From positions 1 through 64,000 of the IMG/VR virus record IMGVR_UViG_3300048793_000029: DNA of 64,000 nucleotides; one strand, written 5' to 3'. The position numbers were made by a program, and so were the translations under genes. This DNA comes from a virus. Below the pieces are notes generated by a model, which was not told where the DNA came from, made no database searches, and saw only the letters and a list, made by a program, of their open reading frames with translations. Shown here piece by piece: positions 16,565 through 26,530 of this stretch (its first letter is position 1; every line of letters begins with the position of its first letter).

Positions 16565-19034
16565 GCTGTCTCTCCCGTTTCCATTTTTCGTAGCTCACGC
16601 CACTGCCCCAGGGGCCTAACTTCGTATCTCCGCAGATGGGGACCGTGAACTCAATCCCGAAGTCTTTGAGGATATCAGGACCTGTCATGATTTCTTCGAT
16701 GCGTCGCACGACCCTGTCTACTGCGTCAATACGAACTTCAATGAGAATACTGTCGTGAACGGTGACAGTAGGCTGAAAGACAAGGCGCGAGAACTCAGAG
16801 GACATCTGAAGGAGCACTGCAAGGTTAAGGTCGCTCGCACAGCTCTGGATCGGGCTGTTGATCGCCTGTCTTAGCGCCTCAGCACGTTCAGGGGTATCCT
16901 CGTAGGATAAGGCCTGAGGGAGACGACGTTTTCGCCCAAATAACGACCTTACAAAGCCATGGCGGCGAGCATACCGACGTTGATCGCTGTGCCAGTCCTC
17001 AAGGCGATACAAGTCAAAGAAGGATTTACGGCTTTCCTGTGCCTCCTCCGGTGAGATCTTCATGTCATAGTTATCTCGGGCGTAGATGATGAACTTCTTC
17101 CACCACATTCCGTATGAGTACCCAAAATTGACGGCCTTAGCTTTCTTGCGCAATTCCTTCCACACCTTGTCGACTTCTTGGGCGGCATCAGGACCGGCTT
17201 CGAGCAAAATCTCGATCGCCTCGCCATATTTCATCGGCCCTCGGCGTTGACTGAGCGTCTTAGCCGTTTCAATAACTAGTTCAGCTTGGCCCGCCCCTCG
17301 TTCTAACTCACGCATGGCAGTTAGCCAATGAATGTCTACTCCCTCACGAAAGGCCTTCATCATACTAGGGTCTCGGGAGATCTCGGCAATAAGACGTAAT
17401 TCTATCTGGGACAAATCAGCTTCGAGAAGGACATAGCCGGGAGGTGCAGTGATTTGAGACCGGATGCGCGTGTCACGGGGCACTTGCTGGAAATTGGGGT
17501 GTTCGCATGAAGGACGACCGGTGACCGTGCCGTGTAGCTTGAAACTAGGGTGGATGCGATGATCGACTATGTAAGGCTTCCATCCGTCAACGAAAAAGGA
17601 CAGTTGCTGCTTAGCCCCTCGAAACCGCAACAGGTCGGCGACGCAATCGTGATCAATCTGCTTGAGGGCGCTCTCGGCGGTAGAGTTAGCCCCTTTCTTT
17701 GTTTTCATTGGACACTTGAGCTTTAGCTTTCCATAAAGCAACTCACCCACTTGCTTAGGCGACGCCCAATTGATGTCGCCCCACTTGCTCAAATTCTTGG
17801 TGGTGACACGGATCTCATTGTTGAGAAACTTCTCTGCCTCCACGTGCTTAGTGTGGTCGATAAAACACCCATGGCATTCCATCTCGACGAACAAGCGAGC
17901 GACGGGCATCAATAGTTTGTTAAAAACTTTTTCTACCTGAGGGTCTTTCGATAAAGCTTTTTTCAGCTTGAAGTACAGTCTACGAGTATAAAAAAGGTCA
18001 TGAGCGTGATAGCTCGCAATCTTTTCCATCGAAGCTTTGCCTTGCTTTTCTTCGAGGGGGATGTCCCACTTGGGAGCCCCGAAGAATAGCTGAGCCAGAA
18101 ATTCCAGGTCGTGAGGACTGTTTTCGTCTGTCAAGTAATGGGCTAACATAGTATCGAAGTCATTGGACCACTTGACGCCATAGTGAACAAGTAACCACAG
18201 GCAGTCGAACTTGCCGTTTTGAAAGACAAGGATGCAGTCGTCTAGCTTCTTGTTGATACGATCGATGATTTTTTTGACGTCTGTTTTTGACCAGGGGCTG
18301 TCAGAGTGATTGATGAAAAGACTGAACTCGCCGGCGGCGGTTCCGAAGCCCAGAGTAACAATCGCCGCCCCTTCATCCCACGGATACAGTCCGGTCGTTT
18401 CAATATCACAGGACACGATGCCTGAGAGTGCTTCAATGAACTGATCAACTCGCTTCCAACTATCGACGATGATCGAGTTCAATCCTTCCTCTCGAGGGAT
18501 TCCCCCATACTCAATGATCTCGCGAAAGACGCGCAAGTCTGCTTCGACTGTGGGACGATCTCGACCGTCACCTCGTAGGATATAAGAAGGGTGATAGGTG
18601 GGCAGCACAATCATTCCTTGATGTTCGATGGGTCGTCCCCGTAATTTCTTGATCCCCTTTAATCCAAGCACAGCTTGAAGGGCAACACCCCCAAGCAGCA
18701 ACACGTACTTAGGCTTGATTGTGGCGATTTGATAGTCAAGCCACTTTTTACACGCTTCGATTTCCTTTTTCTTGGGCGTACGATTGTCGGGCGGACGACA
18801 ACTGACGGCATTGGTGATAAATAGTTTCTTGCGAGGAAGTCCCACTTCTTCGAGCATTTCGTCGAGCAACTTTCCTGCGCGTCCAACGAAGGGCTTTCCC
18901 GTTTCATCTTCGCTAGCGCCCGGGGCTTCTCCAATCACCATGACATTGCACGGCTCCGGCCCTTGTCCGAGAAGACAGACGTGCTTTGCCTCTTCGTGCA
19001 GGATGCAGAGCTGACAGTGCGCGTCACGTTTCAT
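16557..19034 (-). CDS. Family A DNA polymerase with N-terminal family-4 uracil-DNA glycosylase domain and 3'-5' exonuclease
   Basis: UDG4: CQLC, GEAPG, PFVGRAG, NAVSCRPPDNR, TYHPS; Exo: DIETTG, NGKFD; Pol: DLSQIELR, RKKAKAVNFG, VHDS. Confidence 0.93.
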   Translation of the reverse strand: MKRDAHCQLCILHEEAKHVCLLGQGPEPCNVMVIGEAPGASEDETGKPFVGRAGKLLDEMLEEVGLPRKKLFITNAVSCRPPDNRTPKKKEIEACKKWLDYQIATIKPKYVLLLGGVALQAVLGLKGIKKLRGRPIEHQGMIVLPTYHPSYILRGDGRDRPTVEADLRVFREIIEYGGIPREEGLNSIIVDSWKRVDQFIEALSGIVSCDIETTGLYPWDEGAAIVTLGFGTAAGEFSLFINHSDSPWSKTDVKKIIDRINKKLDDCILVFQNGKFDCLWLLVHYGVKWSNDFDTMLAHYLTDENSPHDLEFLAQLFFGAPKWDIPLEEKQGKASMEKIASYHAHDLFYTRRLYFKLKKALSKDPQVEKVFNKLLMPVARLFVEMECHGCFIDHTKHVEAEKFLNNEIRVTTKNLSKWGDINWASPKQVGELLYGKLKLKCPMKTKKGANSTAESALKQIDHDCVADLLRFRGAKQQLSFFVDGWKPYIVDHRIHPSFKLHGTVTGRPSCEHPNFQQVPRDTRIRSQITAPPGYVLLEADLSQIELRLIAEISRDPSMMKAFREGVDIHWLTAMRELERGAGQAELVIETAKTLSQRRGPMKYGEAIEILLEAGPDAAQEVDKVWKELRKKAKAVNFGYSYGMWWKKFIIYARDNYDMKISPEEAQESRKSFFDLYRLEDWHSDQRRYARRHGFVRSLFGRKRRLPQALSYEDTPERAEALRQAINSPIQSCASDLNLAVLLQMSSEFSRLVFQPTVTVHDSILIEVRIDAVDRVVRRIEEIMTGPDILKDFGIEFTVPICGDTKLGPWGSGVSYEKWKRERQHV

Positions 19035-19243
19035 TGTTGTTCCGTTAGGCGTCGCAGTACCTCTCGCTTACGCTCGAGTTCGGCTTTGGCGAAGCCCCCC
19101 AATTTGCGTAGAGCGTTCAACTCGATCTCGGCTTGACCCAGTTGTTCCTCAGCGTGACGTTCACGAATGGTGATCGCTTTGCTGACTTCGACCAAGCCGG
19201 TGATCTCTTCACGAATAGCTTTGATGGGATCGAACTCACTCAT
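19031..19243 (-). CDS. Coiled-coil hypothetical protein
   Basis: 70-aa ORF with ATGA overlaps. Confidence 0.6.
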   Translation of the reverse strand: MSEFDPIKAIREEITGLVEVSKAITIRERHAEEQLGQAEIELNALRKLGGFAKAELERKREVLRRLTEQQ

Positions 19244-19701
19244 GCGACAAGTTCGTTGGTCAAATAATTGATAGTGTACCCGCCGGGGGTCATGCGATAG
19301 ACTTCGACGCCGGCAGCGACGAGAAGGTCAATGCCTTCAACAAGGCGATACTGGTTGAGATAAAATATTTTCTCAACCTTCTCTTTGATAATGATCGCGG
19401 CGCAGTCCGGGCAAGGACTCTCGGTGACATAGAGGGCCTTGCCTGAAGTTCGACGCCTATCCCACGAGGAGAGACGCTCAAAGGCATTCACTTCGGCATG
19501 CACCGCACGATGGCAGCCAGCTGAACTTGGACAATTCTTACCTGTACAGTGAGGCTCTCCCGAGGCGGGACCGTTATACCCAGAACTTATGATGCGATTA
19601 TCGGCGACGAGAATAGCCCCAACGCTACGTCGGTAACACGTCGATCGAAGAGCCTCTACCTCGGCATGTTTCATCCACAGCTGATTTCGGCTAATTCTCA
19701 T
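19240..19701 (-). CDS. dCMP deaminase-like zinc deaminase
   Basis: RSTC...VGA...GYNG, HAEVNA, PCPDC. Confidence 0.92.
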   Translation of the reverse strand: MRISRNQLWMKHAEVEALRSTCYRRSVGAILVADNRIISSGYNGPASGEPHCTGKNCPSSAGCHRAVHAEVNAFERLSSWDRRRTSGKALYVTESPCPDCAAIIIKEKVEKIFYLNQYRLVEGIDLLVAAGVEVYRMTPGGYTINYLTNELVA

Positions 19702-20563
19702 CCGACACCCCGTGCTCTTTAGTCAGTTGAATGTAATCATTGCGGAACATGTGCAAATTGGCGATCTGCAAGACAAAGACGCCAGGCAATACACCAGTCC
19801 ACTGAGCTGGGTCCATGAGACGTAGCTGATCGAGAGCCCACAGGAGGAGGCGCACGGTGAGATAGATATCGTCACGCATGTGATGGGCGAGGTCACACGA
19901 ACGAAGCTGATAAGAGATATCGAGTGAATTGCCGGTGAGCATGAAATGATAAAAAAGCGAGCAGGGCTTGCGACGGCCTGGTTGGTAGCCCGTATCTTCG
20001 GGGAAGAACACTGGTAATATCGCCTGTCGTGTGGTGGGATCTTCCTTTAGCTCGAGCACGACATCATCGAGATCACCGTAGGGGAAGTAAATACCCCGAT
20101 GGGATGGTGGAGTCAAGACACCATCTTCAGGCAAGATGCCTCCTGAGTACATGCCAGCGTACTTAGGCCAGTAACGCATGGCGTAAGTGTGATCAAAGAT
20201 TCGCTCTGGGCCGGGATCACCGACGCTCAGTGGATCTATGCGCGACTTATCGGCGCTGGCGCCCCACGGCCAATTTCGCCATTCTTTGCCCGGGTTGAGG
20301 GGATTTCCATCCACTCGTTCTTCGAAGTGATTGTCGGCCCAGGGAAGGTTAGGTTTGATCTCTCGGCGATAAAAACCTAGCTCTTTTAGGACCATGGGAA
20401 CTTTCATGGTAAAGTGATGCAGCTCATGTGTTGCGGCATCCGGCTTTCGCGAGACGTCGATGCCTTGCCATTTCCCGCGATGCACGAGTAAGCTACGCAG
20501 ACGCATCTGGTCAAGGGCGTAGTCGATGGCTTCGGGAAAGCTATTGAAGGTCGTCACTGTCAT
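19691..20563 (-). CDS. Thymidylate-synthase-superfamily enzyme (dCMP hydroxymethylase/methylase-like)
   Basis: TRQA, KPC catalytic Cys, RSCD...D, NLH; start moved to about 20563. Confidence 0.8.
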   Translation of the reverse strand: MTVTTFNSFPEAIDYALDQMRLRSLLVHRGKWQGIDVSRKPDAATHELHHFTMKVPMVLKELGFYRREIKPNLPWADNHFEERVDGNPLNPGKEWRNWPWGASADKSRIDPLSVGDPGPERIFDHTYAMRYWPKYAGMYSGGILPEDGVLTPPSHRGIYFPYGDLDDVVLELKEDPTTRQAILPVFFPEDTGYQPGRRKPCSLFYHFMLTGNSLDISYQLRSCDLAHHMRDDIYLTVRLLLWALDQLRLMDPAQWTGVLPGVFVLQIANLHMFRNDYIQLTKEHGVSDEN

Positions 20564-21440
20564 CTCCATCAGGATCAACATAGTTATTGCGAAAGCCCGG
20601 GTGGTTTTTTCGTAGATAGACTTGAAGCTCGCGTTGCCTTTTGTGGCTGATGCGCTCAAGGGCATCCTTACGCACGCGCATCGCTTGACTAAATTTCTCA
20701 ATCCCACGACGATGCTCGGGGCAGAGATAACGAGCGCTCCACTTGACCAGCCAGTTGGCGAAGAAGCCATCAGCTCGTTTGATAGCATCGATGATTCGTA
20801 GCGGATCGTTTAGGTGGGGGATGATCGTTACGAAGTACATAGGATGAATGGTGACGTTCGCAAAGTGGGCTGTGACACCTCGACACTCAAGACCCTTAAA
20901 GTCAAACGGCGAGAGAAGGACATCCCGGAGAAGGATAAGATCGGCGGGAAATTTCTTAAAGAGCTCCGTGGTCCTATAGAAAACGTCAATGGTATAAGTT
21001 TTCTTGGTGAGTAAGGTGATGACTACAGATTGGATGCAGGGGCCAAAAACACTGGCACGTTTCGATCGCTTGGCGTCGATGGAGCCTCCTTTGACGAAGT
21101 GGGCATAGGTCGTGAAACCTACGCTCCCATACTTGCCCTGCTCTTTTCGTTTGTTCCACAGCTGAAGAGCGACGTTACGGCTCTCTTCGTGAAGATAGTG
21201 CTTGGTCAACATCGTCAGCTTGCTTTTGGTGTAGCCGGCGTCTCGGAGTTGGAGAGAGTCGTCAAGAGAGGAGAAGTGCAAAGTCATGGGTCTCAGAATC
21301 TTGCGGCAGCCTGAATATAAATCGGCTACTTGGCCTGAGGCGTCCAGGCAATGCTGAACCCACTCTTCCCTAAGCGTACCGCCGCCCTGCCGACCGCGAG
21401 ACGCGACGACAGAGCGGCGGGGCTTCGACCGGGTCACCAC
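20541..21440 (-). CDS. Divergent second thymidylate-synthase-fold protein
   Basis: GPCIQSVV...FYRTTELFKKFPAD resembles the TS PC...RSxD...N/D core. Confidence 0.5.
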   Translation of the reverse strand: MVTRSKPRRSVVASRGRQGGGTLREEWVQHCLDASGQVADLYSGCRKILRPMTLHFSSLDDSLQLRDAGYTKSKLTMLTKHYLHEESRNVALQLWNKRKEQGKYGSVGFTTYAHFVKGGSIDAKRSKRASVFGPCIQSVVITLLTKKTYTIDVFYRTTELFKKFPADLILLRDVLLSPFDFKGLECRGVTAHFANVTIHPMYFVTIIPHLNDPLRIIDAIKRADGFFANWLVKWSARYLCPEHRRGIEKFSQAMRVRKDALERISHKRQRELQVYLRKNHPGFRNNYVDPDGDDSDDLQ

Positions 21441-21458
21441 GGGATAACAGCTCGCCGG

Positions 21459-21824
21459 TCAAACGAGATCAGAGAGGATGGGCGGTTGCCACCCCAAAGG
21501 CTTCACCACGTCATGAGTGGAGTCTCGCGTGCTCTGGTCAGCGTGCGTTGCGCGAACCTTCTTCATGTTCGCTCCGTGTACGCGGCGCCAAGCTTCCTCG
21601 AAATTATATCCATGCAGGTAGGCAGTCCCCAACGCGACATAGACAAGGTCCACCAAAGCGTCGAGTTCTTGAACTCGAGTGAGGGCGTCGCAGTATTCGT
21701 TCAGTTCTTCTTCCAAGAACTTGATGCGAAAAGCCCCGAGGTCGGCGGGTAGTTTTCTCGGCGGGCCGGAGTAAGCAAGTTCAAACTTCTCATGAAACTC
21801 TGCGATGTCGTCGATCATGTTCAT
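21459..21824 (-). CDS. MazG-like/PRA-PH nucleotide pyrophosphohydrolase
   Basis: FLEEELNE...LDALVDLVYVALG...VHGANMKK...KPLGW. Confidence 0.88.
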   Translation of the reverse strand: MNMIDDIAEFHEKFELAYSGPPRKLPADLGAFRIKFLEEELNEYCDALTRVQELDALVDLVYVALGTAYLHGYNFEEAWRRVHGANMKKVRATHADQSTRDSTHDVVKPLGWQPPILSDLV

Positions 21825-22333
21825 GTGTTGCTCCCGTTGCGGTAGATAGCTCGTTCAACGCAATCAGCGATGAAGCTCATGGAGTCGCCGATGCGATAAA
21901 TGAGATGTGCGTGCTGAATGGCCCAAGCTCGATAAAGCGTGAGCATCTTGTCGTAACCTTCGCGAACTTGACGCAAGTGGTCCTCAGTGTCAACGCCATC
22001 GTTGAAGGTGTGACCCGCCATGCCTCGTCCAACTGGATCGCAGTAGATGAAAAAAGGCCTTGAGTCATAGAACTGCTGGACGAGTTCGTCGCGCATCCCG
22101 GCGGCGTCATGTCCACTGCGTATGGTGCGATAGATCGTCTGACTGACGACGGGATGACGATCAAAGATAGTGTGCGGCATCAGAGCATAGCGCTCGATAC
22201 GGACATCTACTTCGCCTTCATACTTAGGCGGTCCTTCACTTGGTTGCACTGACCAATCGGGAAAACCCGCAGTAAGAAATTTAATCAGGGTAGACTTGCC
22301 TGAGTTATCTATCCCCTCGACGACAACGTTCAT
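21821..22333 (-). CDS. P-loop (d)NMP kinase
   Basis: VVEGIDNSGKSTL, IFDRH. Confidence 0.82.
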   Translation of the reverse strand: MNVVVEGIDNSGKSTLIKFLTAGFPDWSVQPSEGPPKYEGEVDVRIERYALMPHTIFDRHPVVSQTIYRTIRSGHDAAGMRDELVQQFYDSRPFFIYCDPVGRGMAGHTFNDGVDTEDHLRQVREGYDKMLTLYRAWAIQHAHLIYRIGDSMSFIADCVERAIYRNGSNT

Positions 22334-22911
22334 TTAACCGCTCCTGTCCAGTGGAGAGTGGGTGGTCCCTTGTGCTTATGATCCCAGACGAACCACGCGT
22401 AAGCTGTGGCCGATGTGGCCTTCATCTTGCCATTAGCGCGACGAATGGGAGGCATCAACGTCACTCGCTGAGAAAAGACGATTACTTTAGCCAGAGGGGT
22501 ACAAGTGAAGATATCTTCATACCGGCCCATACTTTCGAGAAAGGCTAGACGCAAAAAGAGCGCTAACTTACGACGAGATTTCACGAGACCAACACGGACA
22601 AAATCTTCGGCGAGGGAGAAAGGCGGGTTGGTGATGATGTTGTCCGATGATTTTGGTCCCTTCTCCTCTAAAAAGTCAATGCCCGATCGACCGAAGCCTC
22701 GATCATGTAGGTCTGTAGCGGTCACGGAATAGCCGGCGGCTCGCAATGTCTTTGCCATATCGCCTTTGCCGCAAGCGGGTTCCCAGACGTTGCCGGTAAA
22801 CTTTACTTGCTCGAGTAGGGCTTCGGTGGCATAAGAAGGTGTAGGGTAAAAGCCATGCTGATGGGGCTTATTATTCTGTCGCACACCGTAGTCGCCGGCA
22901 ATGGCCATCAC
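22330..22911 (-). CDS. SAM-dependent DNA amino-methyltransferase-like protein
   Basis: FYPTP, WEPACGKG, DFL, IITNPPF. Confidence 0.8.
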   Translation of the reverse strand: MMAIAGDYGVRQNNKPHQHGFYPTPSYATEALLEQVKFTGNVWEPACGKGDMAKTLRAAGYSVTATDLHDRGFGRSGIDFLEEKGPKSSDNIITNPPFSLAEDFVRVGLVKSRRKLALFLRLAFLESMGRYEDIFTCTPLAKVIVFSQRVTLMPPIRRANGKMKATSATAYAWFVWDHKHKGPPTLHWTGAVK

Positions 22912-24122
22912 TCGGCCTCCGGTGCTGAAAGGAGTTTGATGTCGGGTAAGGAAGCCCCGATCAGGCCCTGGAGATCGCCGTACATGCCTGACGTGCTTGA
23001 GATAACTTGCATCACTTGCTTCTCCCTCTTAGACCAACGCCGCTCGGCAACACGCCTTTCTTCGGCGATATCGACTTGCATCTCGGTGAAGGCTTCGACG
23101 ATTGCTTCGACACGTTGGCGAAAGCCGGGGCCGGAGAGATAGTCATAGATGACTTCCATCTTCTCCTTCTTGCCCACCGAGGAGGCGCGAACTTGGGCAA
23201 CTTCCATGAGCTGAAGACGACAGGCAGCGGCGAGGGCCATGGCGTGGTCTAGTGACACGATCCATACTCCTTCGACATGAGCGAAGGTCTTCACAGCGTC
23301 AGGCATTGTTGTGCTGACGATGATGGCGATGTCCGCCTTAGCCGTTCGCTGGTCAGACTTTAGCTTTGGCAGCCATTCGTCTTTCCACGCTTTGGTCCGC
23401 TTGATCTCCCAGATGATGGAGCCCGCCTGAGCCCCGGAGCGATCGAGGACGCAATGCAAGACGTCGGCGCCAGTGACGCCTTTAGGCACGGGCTCGATGC
23501 GATCGAGGGGAAACGTAGCGGCGAGGGTTTTCTCAATCTCTAGCTCTAGTACTTCGCCTTGCGTTTGTTGCGAGCCTTGCTCGAGACGACGCTGTAAGGT
23601 TTCTACCGTAGTGAGAGCATCACTAAGACGCTTGTCCTTCTCGGCGTCTTTGAGGCGGCGCTCATTATCCAGGCGATCAGTGATTTCACTCGTTAGATCG
23701 GCGCGAGCAGTGTCAAGCTTACGCGCAACCTCTAGCTCGAGGGACTGCTCGCGCTCCTCCAACTCACGCGCACGGTTACGCAACGCAAGCTCGGAGGCTT
23801 GCGCCTCGCGTCGTTGTTTGTCAGCCGACGCCGCTTGTTGACGCAAGGACTCTACCTCGGCGGACACCGCAGATCGAGCTGCCTCCTCAGCAGTCGCCGT
23901 AGCTTGCCTAGTGGCCACGGCTACACGATCTGCGATTGTTCGCTCAGCTACGAGCTCGGACTTTTTAAGGCGTTGCTCACGGGCAGTGATGTCTTCTTGC
24001 TGGGTGAGTACTTCAGCACGCATCTCTTCGCGTGTTCGTTCAGCGATCTGATGCGAAAGTAGATCGGTGAGAGGAATGATATGTCCGCAGTTAGGACACT
24101 TTAAATTGTCAAGTGTGCTCAT
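22908..24122 (-). CDS. DUF2130-family coiled-coil protein
   Basis: CPNC N-terminus, long coiled coil, GSQQTQGEVLE...FPLDRIEPVPKGVTGAD...IWEIKRTKAW. Confidence 0.8.
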   Translation of the reverse strand: MSTLDNLKCPNCGHIIPLTDLLSHQIAERTREEMRAEVLTQQEDITAREQRLKKSELVAERTIADRVAVATRQATATAEEAARSAVSAEVESLRQQAASADKQRREAQASELALRNRARELEEREQSLELEVARKLDTARADLTSEITDRLDNERRLKDAEKDKRLSDALTTVETLQRRLEQGSQQTQGEVLELEIEKTLAATFPLDRIEPVPKGVTGADVLHCVLDRSGAQAGSIIWEIKRTKAWKDEWLPKLKSDQRTAKADIAIIVSTTMPDAVKTFAHVEGVWIVSLDHAMALAAACRLQLMEVAQVRASSVGKKEKMEVIYDYLSGPGFRQRVEAIVEAFTEMQVDIAEERRVAERRWSKREKQVMQVISSTSGMYGDLQGLIGASLPDIKLLSAPEAE

Positions 24123-24295
24123 GCCACTCTCCTTACTTCTTCAAAAGTCACCAGCAAATGCTGGGCGCAGCGCCATGCCGCCTTAAGGGCTTCCTTGGCG
24201 GGTCCTTGTGTCCGGACGGCGCCAGACTCAAAGATCTTCCACCACTCGCCGGTGATGCAGACCACTTTCTGTCCGACGACGAAGTTGCATTTCAT
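24119..24295 (-). CDS. 58-aa protein sharing the FxVGQKVVC N-terminus with 2054..2404
   Basis: Manual translation MKCNFVVGQKVVCITGEWWKIFESG...; GGAG upstream; ATGA overlap with the DUF2130 gene. Confidence 0.55.
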   Translation of the reverse strand: MKCNFVVGQKVVCITGEWWKIFESGAVRTQGPAKEALKAAWRCAQHLLVTFEEVRRVA

Positions 24296-24386
24296 GGCTG
24301 GGCTCCCGTGCTAAATCTCGTCAGTTGCACGCGAGAGCTTATTACGTTACGTTCTTCGCTGTCAACGCCGCCTCAACGGGATCTCC

Positions 24387-26264
24387 ATGCAAACAATCAT
24401 TGAACTGTGGAAGAAGCAGCCCGGCAAATTTTTTTGTGTCTCGACGAAAAACGCCATGGGGCGTTGGAAAGACAACTTTTTTAAGAGGAGCGAGCTCGGA
24501 GACGTTCGGGAGTTTTTGAAGGACAATTCCGACAAGGACATTTATTGGTGCGTGTGCGGATTAACCCATCCACAGCGGAGGAAAGAGTTCGTCGAGTTGC
24601 CTAAGATGCTCTGGGCTGATCTCGATGAAGCGAACCCTCACAAGATGCGACCGAAGCCCACGATCGCCATCGAGTCGTCGCCCGGGCGTTGGGTAGGTCT
24701 GTGGTTGACCGATCAAGTGGTGACTGAGAGCATCAACAAGCGCCTCACCTCGCTCGTAGGGGCGGACCCGGCGGGCTATGATGTGACGCAGGTGCTTCGC
24801 ATACCGGGAACGACCAACTATAAATATCAAAGCAATCCGCGCGTACGAGAGCTATGGGATGATGGCCCAACGTGGAGGTTGCGCGATATCGAGAAGATGC
24901 TGCCTGAAGATGAAGAAGACGATGAGATGGGAGAAGGGGCAGCAACGATATTCAAAAAATATGAAAAGAGTCTACCGGCGCAGACACGTCATGAGCTCAT
25001 GTCGGGAAAGCCCACTCCGGGTAAGAGGTCGGAGGTTCTCTGGCGCCTCGAGAATGATTTGATTGAGGCCGGGGTAAGTCGAGAAGAAGCGTTCATATTG
25101 CTGAAGGCGTCGCCTTGGAACAAGTTCAGAGGGCGAGCAGGAGAAGATGATCAACTCAACCGTGAGCTGGATAAGGTGTATGCCAAGAAGTTCAAGGGGA
25201 AGAAGTGGAAAGAAGAGGAAACTCCGGCGCACAAGAACGGCTATACTTTCTTAGCAACGAACATGGACGATGTCGAAGAAGAAAATATCAATTGGCTATG
25301 GTTTCCCTACTTAGCGAGGGGCGAAGTGACCATCATCGAAGGGGACCCGGGCGTGGGAAAAAGCTATTTGTGTCAGATGGTGGCGAAAGGCTTAGTCGAT
25401 GGAGATCGCATGCCGAGCGTCAAGAAGGAGATGACGCGTCATGTAAAAGGAAAGGTAGCTTACTTCGACATTGAAAACACCGCAGCGACGGTGACGAAGA
25501 AAAGGCTCAAGTATAACGGCTGCAAGAACATGGGGGACTTTTATCAAGAGGAAGAGCCGTTCAGCATCGATGACGCCCCGGCACTCGGGCATGTTTACGA
25601 GGCGATCGAAAAGCTCAAGCCGGTGGCGGTGTTCTTCGACACGGTGAACCTCTACATAGGCAAGGCCGATACGCACAAGAGCAGCGAGACGACGCAAGCG
25701 CTGGCCGTGTTTAAAGATATCGCTCGTCGTTTTGATTGCTCGGTCGTGATCGTGCGCCACTTGACGAAAGGAAACGCCGGGGTGAGCGCATTGTATAGAG
25801 GGCAGGGATCGATTGCCTTCACCGGAGTGTCGCGCATCGTCATGACGGTGGGCACGGACCCCGAAGACGCCGAGATCAAGGTCGTCTCGGTGACGAAGCT
25901 CAATCTGGCCAAGAGACCGCAAGCGCTGACCTTCACCATCGATGCCTTGCCCGATACGCTGAAGGAGAATGATCGGTCTCGCTTTGCTTGGGGGGGTTTC
26001 GTCAACCTGAGCAGCGACGAGATACTCGCAACGTCGAAAGGCGGCGGCAATCACGAGCGCGACGGGGCGATCGAGTTCCTTAAGCGAGAGCTCGAAGATG
26101 GTGCTGTGAAAGTGGGCGAACTGGAGGTCATGGCGGAGAAGAGGAGCATATCGCGCCGCACCCTTTATCGCGCCTCAGAAGAGCTCGGAGTGAAGAAGAA
26201 ATTGACCGGTTATGGAAAGGGTCGAACATCGACTTGGAAGTTGGCATTTAAAGGCAAAAAGTGA
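24387..26264 (+). CDS. Primase (RepB/AEP-like)-AAA_25 helicase fusion
   Basis: WADLD, IESSPGRW, LRIPGTTNYKY primase motifs; GDPGVGKS Walker A, FFDT Walker B, VRHLTK, GQGS. Confidence 0.88.
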   Translation: MQTIIELWKKQPGKFFCVSTKNAMGRWKDNFFKRSELGDVREFLKDNSDKDIYWCVCGLTHPQRRKEFVELPKMLWADLDEANPHKMRPKPTIAIESSPGRWVGLWLTDQVVTESINKRLTSLVGADPAGYDVTQVLRIPGTTNYKYQSNPRVRELWDDGPTWRLRDIEKMLPEDEEDDEMGEGAATIFKKYEKSLPAQTRHELMSGKPTPGKRSEVLWRLENDLIEAGVSREEAFILLKASPWNKFRGRAGEDDQLNRELDKVYAKKFKGKKWKEEETPAHKNGYTFLATNMDDVEEENINWLWFPYLARGEVTIIEGDPGVGKSYLCQMVAKGLVDGDRMPSVKKEMTRHVKGKVAYFDIENTAATVTKKRLKYNGCKNMGDFYQEEEPFSIDDAPALGHVYEAIEKLKPVAVFFDTVNLYIGKADTHKSSETTQALAVFKDIARRFDCSVVIVRHLTKGNAGVSALYRGQGSIAFTGVSRIVMTVGTDPEDAEIKVVSVTKLNLAKRPQALTFTIDALPDTLKENDRSRFAWGGFVNLSSDEILATSKGGGNHERDGAIEFLKRELEDGAVKVGELEVMAEKRSISRRTLYRASEELGVKKKLTGYGKGRTSTWKLAFKGKK

Positions 26265-26452
26265 TGGGTTGGCATTTTAACTTTAAAATGCCAAAGGGGC
26301 ATAACGCGGTGGCATTTCAACTCTCTCTAAATTACAGAAGTGCCGGTGAACATTGAACTTGCTTCGCGATGCGTGCCAACTTTCCTACACACACAAAAAA
26401 ATGGCACGTAAAGACACAAAAACCCCTAAAATAATAATATGCCACCTTTTTT
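26240..26452. other. Putative replication origin: AT-rich region with (T)GGCA/TGCC iterations and a 12-bp perfect inverted repeat
   Basis: ttggcattttaa-ct-ttaaaatgccaa at 26269-26294, several more ggca/tgcc copies and A-tracts, directly after the primase-helicase. Confidence 0.5.
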
Positions 26453-26530
26453 ATGTACGCGCGTGCGCGCGCGATGTTGACAAGACGTGCCGTACAGGCG
26501 CAGAGTCGTGATTCTCAACGGGAGATTATC

